Below the pieces are notes generated by a model. The model saw only the letters and a program-made list of their open reading frames with translations, made no database searches and had not been told where the DNA came from. The position numbers were made by a program, and so were the translations under genes. From assembly GCA_964057225.1 (NCBI GenBank), contig OZ059896.1:19654001-19718000 (forward strand): a DNA stretch of 64,000 nt. Direction: 5' to 3'. Positions 1-11,934 of the stretch are shown here, piece after piece. Every line of letters begins with the position of its first letter. The first letter of the stretch is position 1. The stretch is from Auanema rhodensis. Lineage: Eukaryota; Animalia; Nematoda.

Positions 1-167
1 CCATGTACACTCAACATTGCTTCCAAAAACATTTTGACAAAACTTTTTTCGAAAATTTTCAGAATAATTTAGCAAAAAGTAGATGTTTTTAGATTCCTTT
101 TTTCAAGGCAAAGACGATGGACAATGTTATTCAACGAAAAAATTAATTCTTCAGGGTGAAAATCGAG

Positions 168-189
168 GATATAAGTGTAAACTTATATC
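168..189. other. Perfect inverted repeat in each monomer (9-bp stem, GTAA/GTGA loop)
   Basis: GATATAAGT-GTAA-ACTTATATC; arms are exact reverse complements. Present in all but four copies. Confidence 0.9.
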
Positions 190-208
190 AGTTGATATCT
201 CGGTGCAC

Positions 209-255
209 TTTTAAGCTAGCGCAAATCTGATAACACAGATCGACGCAGCTTAAAA
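209..255. other. Long imperfect inverted repeat in each monomer (17 bp in three stacked stems)
   Basis: TTTTAAGCT(209-217)/AGCTTAAAA(247-255), GCG(219-221)/CGC(244-246), ATCTG(225-229)/CAGAT(236-240), loop ATAACA. Confidence 0.9.
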
Positions 256-340
256 ATCCGCATCGAATGCACTATACTACATTGAGAAACGCTTAATACA
301 AAAATTAGTTATGATCGTTTGAAAAATGATGCATTAGTGT

Positions 341-368
341 ATGTTGAGTTTCCATGTACACTCAACAT
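341..368. other. Inverted repeat in each monomer (9-bp stem, 10-nt loop)
   Basis: ATGTTGAGT(341-349)-TTCCATGTAC-ACTCAACAT(360-368). Confidence 0.88.
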
Positions 369-381
369 TGCTTCCAAAAAC

Positions 382-416
382 ATTTTGACAAAAATTTTTT
401 CGAAAAATTTCAAAAT
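382..416. other. AT-rich imperfect inverted repeat / A-tract block (m31-65)
   Basis: ATTTTG-acaa-AAATTTTT-tcg-AAAAATTT-CAAAAT in consensus copies; disrupted in copies carrying A43C/A56T/A62G. Confidence 0.75.
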
Positions 417-1053
417 AATTTAGCAAAAAGTAGATGTTTTTAGATTCCTTTTTTCAAGGCAAAGACGATGGACAATGTTATTCAACGAAAAAATTAATTC
501 TTCAGGGTGAAAATCGAGGATATAAGTGTGAACTTATATCAGTTGATATCTCGGTGCATTTTTAAGCTAGCGCAAATCTGATAACACAGATCGACGCAGC
601 TTAAAAATCCGCATCGAATGCACTATACTACATTGAGAAACGATTAATACAAAAATTAGTTATGATCGTTTGAAAAATGATGCATTAGTGTATGTTGAGT
701 TTCCGTGTACACTCAACATTGCTTCCAAAAACAATTTGACAAAAATTTTTTCGAAAAATTTCAAAATAATTTAGCAAAAAGTAGATGTTTTTAGATTTCT
801 TTTTTCAAGGCAAAGGCGATGGACAATGTTATTCAACGAAAAAATTAATTCTTCAGGGTGAAAATCGAGGATATAAGTGTAAACTTATATCAGTTGATAT
901 CTCGGTGCACTTTTAAGCTAGCGCAAATCTGATAACACAGATCGACGCAGCTTAAAAATCCGCATCGAATGCACTACACTACATTGAGAAACGCTTAATA
1001 CAAAAATTAGTTATGATCGTTTGAAAAATGATGCATTAGTGTATGTTGAGTTT

Positions 1054-1404
1054 CCATGTACACTCAACATTGCTTCCAAAAACATTTTGACAAAAATTTT
1101 TTCGAAAAATTTCAAAATAATTTAGCAAAAAGTAGATGTTTTTAGATTCCTTTTTTCAAGGCAAAGACGATGGACAATGTTATTCAACGAAAAAATTAAT
1201 TCTTCAGGGTGAAAATCGAGGATATAAGTGTGAACTTATATCAGTTGATATCTCGGTGCATTTTTAAGCTAGCGCAAATCTGATAACACAGATCGACGCA
1301 GCTTAAAAATCCGCATCGAATGCACTATACTACATTGAGAAACGCTTAATACAAAAATTAGTTATGATCGTTTGAAAAATGATGCATTAGTGTATGTTGA
1401 GTTT
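1054..1404 (+). repeat. Representative consensus-type monomer (351 bp; haplotype G179/T208)
   Basis: Copy 4 carries none of the minority variants. Hand count 53 C + 57 G = about 31% GC, 12 CpG. Single EcoRV (GATATC), NheI (GCTAGC), BstBI (TTCGAA), BsrGI (TGTACA) and NsiI (ATGCAT) sites per consensus unit. Confidence 0.95.
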
Positions 1405-4400
1405 CCATGTACACTCAACATTGCTTCCAAAAACATTTTGACAAAAATTTTTTCGAAAAATTTCAAAATAATTCAGCAAAAAGTAGATGTTTTTAGATTC
1501 CTTTTTTCAAGGCAAAGACGATGGACATTGTTATTCAACGAAAAAATTAATTCTTCAGGGTGAAAATCGAGGATATAAGTGTGAACTTATATCAGTTGAT
1601 ATCTCGGTGCATTTTTAAGCTAGCGCAAATCTGATAACACAGATCGACGCAGCTTAAAAATCCGCATCGAATGCACTATACTACATTGAGAAACGCTTAA
1701 TACAAAAATTAGTTATGATTGTTTGAAAAATGATGCATTAGTGTATGTTGAGTTTCCGTGTACACTCAACATTGCTTCCAAAAACATTTTGACAAAAATT
1801 TTTTCGAAAAATTTCAAAATAATTTAGCAAAAAGTAGATGTTTTTAGATTCCTTTTTTCAAGGCAAAGACGATGGACAATGTTATTCAACGAAAAAATTA
1901 ATTCTTCAGGGTGAAAATCGAGGATATAAGTGTAAACTTATATCAGTTGATATCTCGGTGCACTTTTAAGCTAGCGCAAATCTGATAACACAGATCGACG
2001 CAGCTTGAAAATCCGCATCGAATGCACTATACTACATTGAGAAACGCTTAATACAAAAATTACTTATGATCGTTTGAAAAATGATGCATTAGTGTATGTT
2101 GAGTTTCCATGTACACTCAACATTGCTTCCAAAAACATTTTGACAAAAATTTTTTCGAAAAATTTTAAAATAATTTAGCAAAAAGTAGATGTTTTTAGAT
2201 TCCTTTTTTCAAGGCAAAGACGATGGACAATGTTATTCAACGAAAAAATTAATTCTTCAGGGTGAAAATCGAGGATATAAGTGTAAACTTATATCAGTTG
2301 ATATCTCGGTGCACTTTTAAGCTAGCGCAAATCTGATAACACAGATCGACGCAGCTTAAAAATCCGCATCGAATGCACTATACTACATTGAGAAACGCTT
2401 AATACAAAAATTAGTTATGATCGTTTGAAAAATGATGCATTAGTGTATGTTGAGTTTCCATGTACACTCAACATTGCTTCCCAAAACATTTTGACAAAAA
2501 TTTTTTCGAAAAATTTCAAAATAATTCAGCAAAAAGTAGATGTTTTTAGATTCCTTTTTTCAAGGCAAAGACGATGGACAATGTTATTCAACGAAAAAAT
2601 TAATTCTTCAGGGTGAAAATCGAGGATATAAGTGTGAACATATATCAGTTGATATCTCGGTGCATTTTTAAGCTAGCGCAAATCTGATAACACAGATCGA
2701 CGCAGCTTAAAAATCCGCATCGAATGCACTATACTACATTGAGAAACGCTTAATACAAAAATTAGTTATGATCGTTTGAAAAATGATGCATTAGTGTATG
2801 TTGAGTTTCCGTGTACACTCAACATTGCTTCCAAAAACATTTTGACAAAAATTTTTTCGAAAAATTTCAAAATAATTTAGCAAAAAGTAGATGTTTTTAG
2901 ATTCCTTTTTTCAAGGCAAAGACGATGGACAATGTTATTCAACGAAAAAATTAATTCTTCAGGGTGAAAATCGAGGATATAAGTGTGAACTTATATCAGT
3001 TGATATCTCGGTGCATTTTTAAGCTAGCGCAAATCTGATAACACAGATCGACGCAGCTTAAAAATCCGCATCGAATGCACTATACTACATTGAGAAACGC
3101 TTAATACAAAAATTAGTTATGATCGTTTGAAAAATGATGCATTAGTGTATGTTGAGTTTCCATGTACACTCAACATTGCTTCCAAAAACATTTTGACAAA
3201 ACTTTTTTCGAAAATTTTCAGAATAATTTAGCAAAAAGTAGATGTTTTTAGATTCCTTTTTTCAAGGCAAAGACGATGGACAATGTTATTCAACGAAAAA
3301 ATTAATTCTTCAGGGTGAAAATCGAGGATATAAGTGTAAACTTATATCAGTTGATATCTCGGTGCACTTTTAAGCTAGCGCAAATCTGATAACACAGATC
3401 GACGCAGCTTAAAAATCCGCATCGAATGCACTATACTACATTGAGAAACGCTTAATACAAAAATTAGTTATGATCGTTTGAAAAATGATGCATTAGTGTA
3501 TGTTGAGTTTCCATGTACACTCAACATTGCTTCCAAAAACATTTTGACAAAAATTTTTTCGAAAAATTTCAAAATAATTTAGCAAAAAGTAGATGTTTTT
3601 AGATTCCTTTTTTCAAGGCAAAGACGATGGACAATGTTATTCAACGAAAAAATTAATTCTTCAGGGTGAAAATCGAGGATATAAGTGTGAACTTATATCA
3701 GTTGATATCTCGGTGCATTTTTAAGCTAGCGCAAATCTGATAACACAGATCGACGCAGCTTAAAAATCCGCATCGAATGCACTATACTACATTGAGAAAC
3801 GCTTAATACAAAAATTAGTTATGATCGTTTGAAAAATGATGCATTAGTGTATGTTGAGTTTCCATGTACACTCAACATTGCTTCCAAAAACATTTTGACA
3901 AAAATTTTTTCGAAAAATTTCAAAATAATTTAGCAGAAAGTAGATGTTTTTAGATTCCTTTTTTCAAGGCAAAGACGATGGACAATGTTATTCAACGAAA
4001 AAATTAATTCTTCAGGGTGAAAATCGAGGATATAAGTGTAAACTTATATCAGTTGATATCTCGGTGCACTTTTAAGCTAGCGCAAATCTGATAACACAGA
4101 TCGACGCAGCTTAAAAATCCGCATCGAATGCACTACACTACATTGAGAAACGCTTAATACAAAAATTAGTTATGATCGTTTGAAAAATGATGCATTAGTG
4201 TATGTTGAGTTTCCATGTACACTCAACATTGCTTCCAAAAACATTTTGACAAAACTTTTTTCGAAAATTTTCAGAATAATTTAGCAAAAAGTAGATGTTT
4301 TTAGATTCCTTTTTTCAAGGCAAAGACGATGGACAATGTTATTCAACGAAAAAATTAATTCTTCAGGGTGAAAATCGAGGATATAAGTGTAAACTTATAT

Positions 4401-6318
4401 CAGTTGATATCTCGGTGCACTTTTAAGCTAGCGCAAATCTGATAACACAGATCGACGCAGCTTAAAAATCCGCATCGAATGCACTATACTACATTGAGAA
4501 ACGCTTAATACAAAAATTAGTTATGATCGTTTGAAAAATGATGCATTAGTGTATGTTGAGTTTCCATGTACACTCAACATTGCTTCCAAAAACATTTTGA
4601 CAAAAATTTTTTCGAAAAATTTCAAAATAATTTAGCAAAAAGTAGATGTTTTTAGATTCCTTTTTTCAAGGCAAAGACGATGGACAATGTTATTCAACGA
4701 AAAAATTAATTCTTCAGGGTGAAAATCGAGGATATAAGTGTGAACTTATATCAGTTGATATCTCGGTGCATTTTTAAGCTAGCGCAAATCTGATAACACA
4801 GATCGACGCAGCTTAAAAATCCGCATCGAATGCACTATACTACATTGAGAAACGCTTAATACAAAAATTAGTTATGATCGTTTGAAAAATGATGCATTAG
4901 TGTATGTTGAGTTTCCGTGTACACTCAACATTGCTTCCAAAAACATTTTGACAAAAATTTTTTCGAAAAATTTCAAAATAATTTAGCAAAAAGTAGATGT
5001 TTTTAGATTCCTTTTTTCAAGGCAAAGACGATGGACAATGTTATTCAACGAAAAAATTAATTCTTCAGGGTGAAAATCGAGGATATAAGTGTAAACTTAT
5101 ATCAGTTGATATCTCGGTGCACTTTCAAGCTAGCGCAAATCTGATAACACAGATCGACGCAGCTTAAAAATCCGCATCGAATGCACTACACTACATTGAG
5201 AAACGCTTAATACAAAAATTAGTTATGATCGTTTGAAAAATGATGCATTAGTGTATGTTGAGTTTCCATGTACACTCAACATTGCTTCCAAAAACATTTT
5301 GACAAAAATTTTTTCGAAAAATTTCAAAATAATTTAGCAGAAAGTAGATGTTTTTAGATTCCTTTTTTCAAGGCAAAGACGATGGACAATGTTATTCAAC
5401 GAAAAAATTAATTCTTCAGGGTGAAAATCGAGGATATAAGTGTAAACTTATATCAGTTGATATCTCGGTGCACTTTTAAGCTAGCGCAAATCTGATAACA
5501 CAGATCGACGCAGCTTAAAAATCCGCATCGAATGCACTATACTACATTGAGAAACGCTTAATACAAAAATTAGTTATGATCGTTTGAAAAATGATGCATT
5601 AGTGTATGTTGAGTTTCCATGTACACTCAACATTGCTTCCAAAAACATTTTGACAAAAATTTTTTCGAAAAATTTCAAAATAATTTAGCAAAAAGTAGAT
5701 GTTTTTAGATTCCTTTTTTCAAGGCAAAGACGATGGACAATGTTATTCAACGAAAAAATTAATTCTTCAGGGTGAAAATCGAGGATATAAGTGTGAACTT
5801 ATATCAGTTGATATCTCGGTGCATTTTTAAGCTAGCGCAAATCTGATAACACAGATCGACGCAGCTTAAAAATCCGCATCGAATGCACTATACTACATTG
5901 AGAAACGCTTAATACAAAAATTAGTTATGATCGTTTGAAAAATGATGCATTAGTGTATGTTGAGTTTCCGTGTACACTCAACATTGCTTCCAAAAACATT
6001 TTGACAAAAATTTTTTCGAAAAATTTCAAAATAATTTAGCAAAAAGTAGATGTTTTTAGATTCCTTTTTTCAAGGCAAAGACGATGGACAATGTTATTCA
6101 ACGAAAAAATTAATTCTTCAGGGTGAAAATCGAGGATATAAGTGTAAACTTATATCAGTTGATATCTCGGTGCACTTTCAAGCTAGCGCAAATCTGATAA
6201 CACAGATCGACGCAGCTTAAAAATCCGCATCGAATGCACTACACTACATTGAGAAACGCTTAATACAAAAATTAGTTATGATCGTTTGAAAAATGATGCA
6301 TTAGTGTATGTTGAGTTT

Positions 6319-9300
6319 CCATGTACACTCAACATTGCTTCCAAAAACATTTTGACAAAAATTTTTTCGAAAAATTTCAAAATAATTTAGCAGAAAGTAG
6401 ATGTTTTTAGATTCCTTTTTTCAAGGCAAAGACGATGGACAATGTTATTCAACGAAAAAATTAATTCTTCAGGGTGAAAATCGAGGATATAAGTGTAAAC
6501 TTATATCAGTTGATATCTCGGTGCACTTTTAAGCTAGCGCAAATCTGATAACACAGATCGACGCAGCTTAAAAATCCGCATCGAATGCACTACACTACAT
6601 TGAGAAACGCTTAATACAAAAATTAGTTATGATCGTTTGAAAAATGATGCATTAGTGTATGTTGAGTTTCCATGTACACTCAACATTGCTTCCAAAAACA
6701 TTTTGACAAAAATTTTTTCGAAAAATTTCAAAATAATTTAGCAAAAAGTAGATGTTTTTAGATTCCTTTTTTCAAGGCAAAGACGATGGACAATGTTATT
6801 CAACGAAAAAATTAATTCTTCAGGGTGAAAATCGAGGATATAAGTGTAAACTTATATCAGTTGATATCTCGGTGCACTTTCAAGCTAGCGCAAATCTGAT
6901 AACACAGATCGACGCAGCTTAAAAATCCGCATCGAATGCACTATACTACATTGAGAAACGCTTAATACAAAAATTAGTTATGATCGTTTGAAAAATGATG
7001 CATTAGTGTATGTTGAGTTTCCATGTACACTCAACATTGCTTCCAAAAACATTTTGACAAAACTTTTTTCGAAAATTTTCAGAATAATTTAGCAAAAAGT
7101 AGATGTTTTTAGATTCCTTTTTTCAAGGCAAAGACGATGGACAATGTTATTCAACGAAAAAATTAATTCTTCAGGGTGAAAATCGAGGATATAAGTGTAA
7201 ACTTATATCAGTTGATATCTCGGTGCACTTTTAAGCTAGCGCAAATCTGATAACACAGATCGACGCAGCTTAAAAATCCGCATCGAATGCACTATACTAC
7301 ATTGAGAAACGCTTAATACAAAAATTAGTTATGATCGTTTGAAAAATGATGCATTAGTGTATGTTGAGTTTCCATGTACACTCAACATTGCTTCCAAAAA
7401 CATTTTGACAAAACTTTTTTCGAAAATTTTCAGAATAATTTAGCAAAAAGTAGATGTTTTTAGATTCCTTTTTTCAAGGCAAAGACGATGGACAATGTTA
7501 TTCAACGAAAAAATTAATTCTTCAGGGTGAAAATCGAGGATATAAGTGTAAACTTATATCAGTTGATATCTCGGTGCACTTTTAAGCTAGCGCAAATCTG
7601 ATAACACAGATCGACGCAGCTTAAAAATCCGCATCGAATGCACTATACTACATTGAGAAACGCTTAATACAAAAATTAGTTATGATCGTTTGAAAAATGA
7701 TGCATTAGTGTATGTTGAGTTTCCATGTACACTCAACATTGCTTCCAAAAACATTTTGACAAAACTTTTTTCGAAAATTTTCAGAATAATTTAGCAAAAA
7801 GTAGATGTATTTAGATTCCTTTTTTCAAGGCAAAGACGATGGACAATGTTATTCAACGAAAAAATTAATTCTTCAGGGTGAAAATCGAGGATATAAGTGT
7901 AAACTTATATCAGTTGATATCTCGGTGCACTTTTAAGCTAGCGCAAATCTGATAACACAGATCGACGCAGCTTAAAAATCCGCATCGAATGCACTATACT
8001 ACATTGAGAAACGCTTAATACAAAAATTAGTTATGATCGTTTGAAAAATGATGCATTAGTGTATGTTGAGTTTCCATGTACACTCAACATTGCTTCCAAA
8101 AACATTTTGACAAAAATTTTTTCGAAAAATTTCAAAATAATTTAGCAAAAAGTAGATGTTTTTAGATTCCTTTTTTCAAGGCAAAGACGATGGACAATGT
8201 TATTCAACGAAAAAATTAATTCTTCAGGGTGAAAATCGAGGATATAAGTGTGAACTTATATCAGTTGATATCTCGGTGCATTTTTAAGCTAGCGCAAATC
8301 TGATAACACAGATCGACGCAGCTTAAAAATCCGCATCGAATGCACTATACTACATTGAGAAACGCTTAATACAAAAATTAGTTATGATCGTTTGAAAAAT
8401 GATGCATTAGTGTATATTGAGTTTCCATGTACACTCAACATTGCTTCCAAAAACATTTTGACAAAACTTTTTTCGAAAATTTTCAGAATAATTTAGCAAA
8501 AAGTAGATGTTTTTAGATTCCTTTTTTCAAGGCAAAGACGATGGACAATGTTATTCAACGAAAAAATTAATTCTTCAGGGTGAAAATCGAGGATATAAGT
8601 GTAAACTTATATCAGTTGATATCTCGGTGCACTTTTAAGCTAGCGCAAATCTGATAACACAGATCGACGCAGCTTAAAAATCCGCATCGAATGCACTATA
8701 CTACATTGAGAAACGCTTAATACAAAAATTAGTTATGATTGTTTGAAAAATGATGCATTAGTGTATGTTGAGTTTCCGTGTACACTCAACATTGCTTCCA
8801 AAAACATTTTGACAAAAATTTTTTCGAAAAATTTCAAAATAATTTAGCAAAAAGTAGATGTTTTTAGATTCCTTTTTTCAAGGCAAAGACGATGGACAAT
8901 GTTATTCAACGAAAAAATTAATTCTTCAGGGTGAAAATCGAGGATATAAGTGTAAACTTATATCAGTTGATATCTCGGTGCACTTTTAAGCTAGCGCAAA
9001 TCTGATAACACAGATCGACGCAGCTTAAAAATCCGCATCGAATGCACTATACTACATTGAGAAACGCTTAATACAAAAATTAGTTATGATCGTTTGAAAA
9101 ATGATGCATTAGTGTATGTTGAGTTTCCATGTACACTCAACATTGCTTCCAAAAACATTTTGACAAAAATTTTTTCGAAAAATTTCAAAATAATTTAGCA
9201 GAAAGTAGATGTTTTTAGATTCCTTTTTTCAAGGCAAAGACGATGGACAATGTTATTCAACGAAAAAATTAATTCTTCAGGGTGAAAATCGAGGATATAA

Positions 9301-11934
9301 GTGTAAACTTATATCAGTTGATATCTCGGTGCACTTTTAAGCTAGCGCAAATCTGATAACACAGATCGACGCAGCTTAAAAATCCGCATCGAATGCACTA
9401 CACTACATTGAGAAACGCTTAATACAAAAATTAGTTATGATCGTTTGAAAAATGATGCATTAGTGTATGTTGAGTTTCCATGTACACTCAACATTGCTTC
9501 CAAAAACATTTTGACAAAAATTTTTTCGAAAAATTTCAAAATAATTTAGCAAAAAGTAGATGTTTTTAGATTCCTTTTTTCAAGGCAAAGACGATGGACA
9601 ATGTTATTCAACGAAAAAATTAATTCTTCAGGGTGAAAATCGAGGATATAAGTGTAAACTTATATCAGTTGATATCTCGGTGCACTTTCAAGCTAGCGCA
9701 AATCTGATAACACAGATCGACGCAGCTTAAAAATCCGCATCGAATGCACTATACTACATTGAGAAACGCTTAATACAAAAATTAGTTATGATCGTTTGAA
9801 AAATGATGCATTAGTGTATGTTGAGTTTCCATGTACACTCAACATTGCTTCCAAAAACATTTTGACAAAACTTTTTTCGAAAATTTTCAGAATAATTTAG
9901 CAAAAAGTAGATGTTTTTAGATTCCTTTTTTCAAGGCAAAGACGATGGACAATGTTATTCAACGAAAAAATTAATTCTTCAGGGTGAAAATCGAGGATAT
10001 AAGTGTAAACTTATATCAGTTGATATCTCGGTGCACTTTTAAGCTAGCGCAAATCTGATAACACAGATCGACGCAGCTTAAAAATCCGCATCGAATGCAC
10101 TATACTACATTGAGAAACGCTTAATACAAAAATTAGTTATGATCGTTTGAAAAATGATGCATTAGTGTATGTTGAGTTTCCATGTACACTCAACATTGCT
10201 TCCAAAAACATTTTGACAAAACTTTTTTCGAAAATTTTCAGAATAATTTAGCAAAAAGTAGATGTTTTTAGATTCCTTTTTTCAAGGCAAAGACGATGGA
10301 CAATGTTATTCAACGAAAAAATTAATTCTTCAGGGTGAAAATCGAGGATATAAGTGTAAACTTATATCAGTTGATATCTCGGTGCACTTTTAAGCTAGCG
10401 CAAATCTGATAACACAGATCGACGCAGCTTAAAAATCCGCATCGAATGCACTATACTACATTGAGAAACGCTTAATACAAAAATTAGTTATGATCGTTTG
10501 AAAAATGATGCATTAGTGTATGTTGAGTTTCCATGTACACTCAACATTGCTTCCAAAAACATTTTGACAAAACTTTTTTCGAAAATTTTCAGAATAATTT
10601 AGCAAAAAGTAGATGTATTTAGATTCCTTTTTTCAAGGCAAAGACGATGGACAATGTTATTCAACGAAAAAATTAATTCTTCAGGGTGAAAATCGAGGAT
10701 ATAAGTGTAAACTTATATCAGTTGATATCTCGGTGCACTTTTAAGCTAGCGCAAATCTGATAACACAGATCGACGCAGCTTAAAAATCCGCATCGAATGC
10801 ACTATACTACATTGAGAAACGCTTAATACAAAAATTAGTTATGATCGTTTGAAAAATGATGCATTAGTGTATGTTGAGTTTCCATGTACACTCAACATTG
10901 CTTCCAAAAACATTTTGACAAAAATTTTTTCGAAAAATTTCAAAATAATTTAGCAAAAAGTAGATGTTTTTAGATTCCTTTTTTCAAGGCAAAGACGATG
11001 GACAATGTTATTCAACGAAAAAATTAATTCTTCAGGGTGAAAATCGAGGATATAAGTGTGAACTTATATCAGTTGATATCTCGGTGCATTTTTAAGCTAG
11101 CGCAAATCTGATAACACAGATCGACGCAGCTTAAAAATCCGCATCGAATGCACTATACTACATTGAGAAACGCTTAATACAAAAATTAGTTATGATCGTT
11201 TGAAAAATGATGCATTAGTGTATATTGAGTTTCCATGTACACTCAACATTGCTTCCAAAAACATTTTGACAAAACTTTTTTCGAAAATTTTCAGAATAAT
11301 TTAGCAAAAAGTAGATGTTTTTAGATTCCTTTTTTCAAGGCAAAGACGATGGACAATGTTATTCAACGAAAAAATTAATTCTTCAGGGTGAAAATCGAGG
11401 ATATAAGTGTAAACTTATATCAGTTGATATCTCGGTGCACTTTTAAGCTAGCGCAAATCTGATAACACAGATCGACGCAGCTTAAAAATCCGCATCGAAT
11501 GCACTATACTACATTGAGAAACGCTTAATACAAAAATTAGTTATGATTGTTTGAAAAATGATGCATTAGTGTATGTTGAGTTTCCGTGTACACTCAACAT
11601 TGCTTCCAAAAACATTTTGACAAAAATTTTTTCGAAAAATTTCAAAATAATTTAGCAAAAAGTAGATGTTTTTAGATTCCTTTTTTCAAGGCAAAGACGA
11701 TGGACAATGTTATTCAACGAAAAAATTAATTCTTCAGGGTGAAAATCGAGGATATAAGTGTAAACTTATATCAGTTGATATCTCGGTGCACTTTTAAGCT
11801 AGCGCAAATCTGATAACACAGATCGACGCAGCTTGAAAATCCGCATCGAATGCACTATACTACATTGAGAAACGCTTAATACAAAAATTAGTTATGATCG
11901 TTTGAAAAATGATGCATTAGTGTATGTTGAGTTT
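6319..11934 (+). repeat. Tandem duplication of an 8-monomer block (2808-bp period)
   Basis: Copies 19-26 and 27-34 show the same ordered variants, e.g. GATGTATTT at 7809 and 10617, TGTATATTGA at 8416 and 11224, TGATTGTTT at 8740 and 11548. Confidence 0.9.

Noticed and set aside
70-160. Hammerhead ribozyme on the minus strand (CTGAAGA = reverse complement of 148-154, with downstream GAAA)
   Set aside because: Satellite hammerheads are known from newts, schistosomes and cave crickets, but I could not build stems I and II around this core. An Infernal or RNAMotif search would settle it.
168-220. Helitron 3' end (hairpin followed by CTAG at 216-219)
   Set aside because: The hairpin is AT-rich and too far upstream, CTAG is followed by C rather than T, and CTAG lies within another stem.
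227-320. Hammerhead ribozyme on the plus strand (CTGATAA ... GAAACG ... CGTTT)
   Set aside because: The core reads CUGAUAA rather than CUGANGA, it is sequestered in the ATCTG/CAGAT stem, and no stem II closes onto GAAA.
1-351. Tandem 5S rRNA, tRNA, snRNA or spliced-leader RNA gene unit
   Set aside because: No recognisable 5S sequence, tRNA T-loop/cloverleaf or nematode SL1 leader on either strand by eye.
1-351. CENP-B box
   Set aside because: No TTCG-N4-A-N2-CGGG match on either strand.
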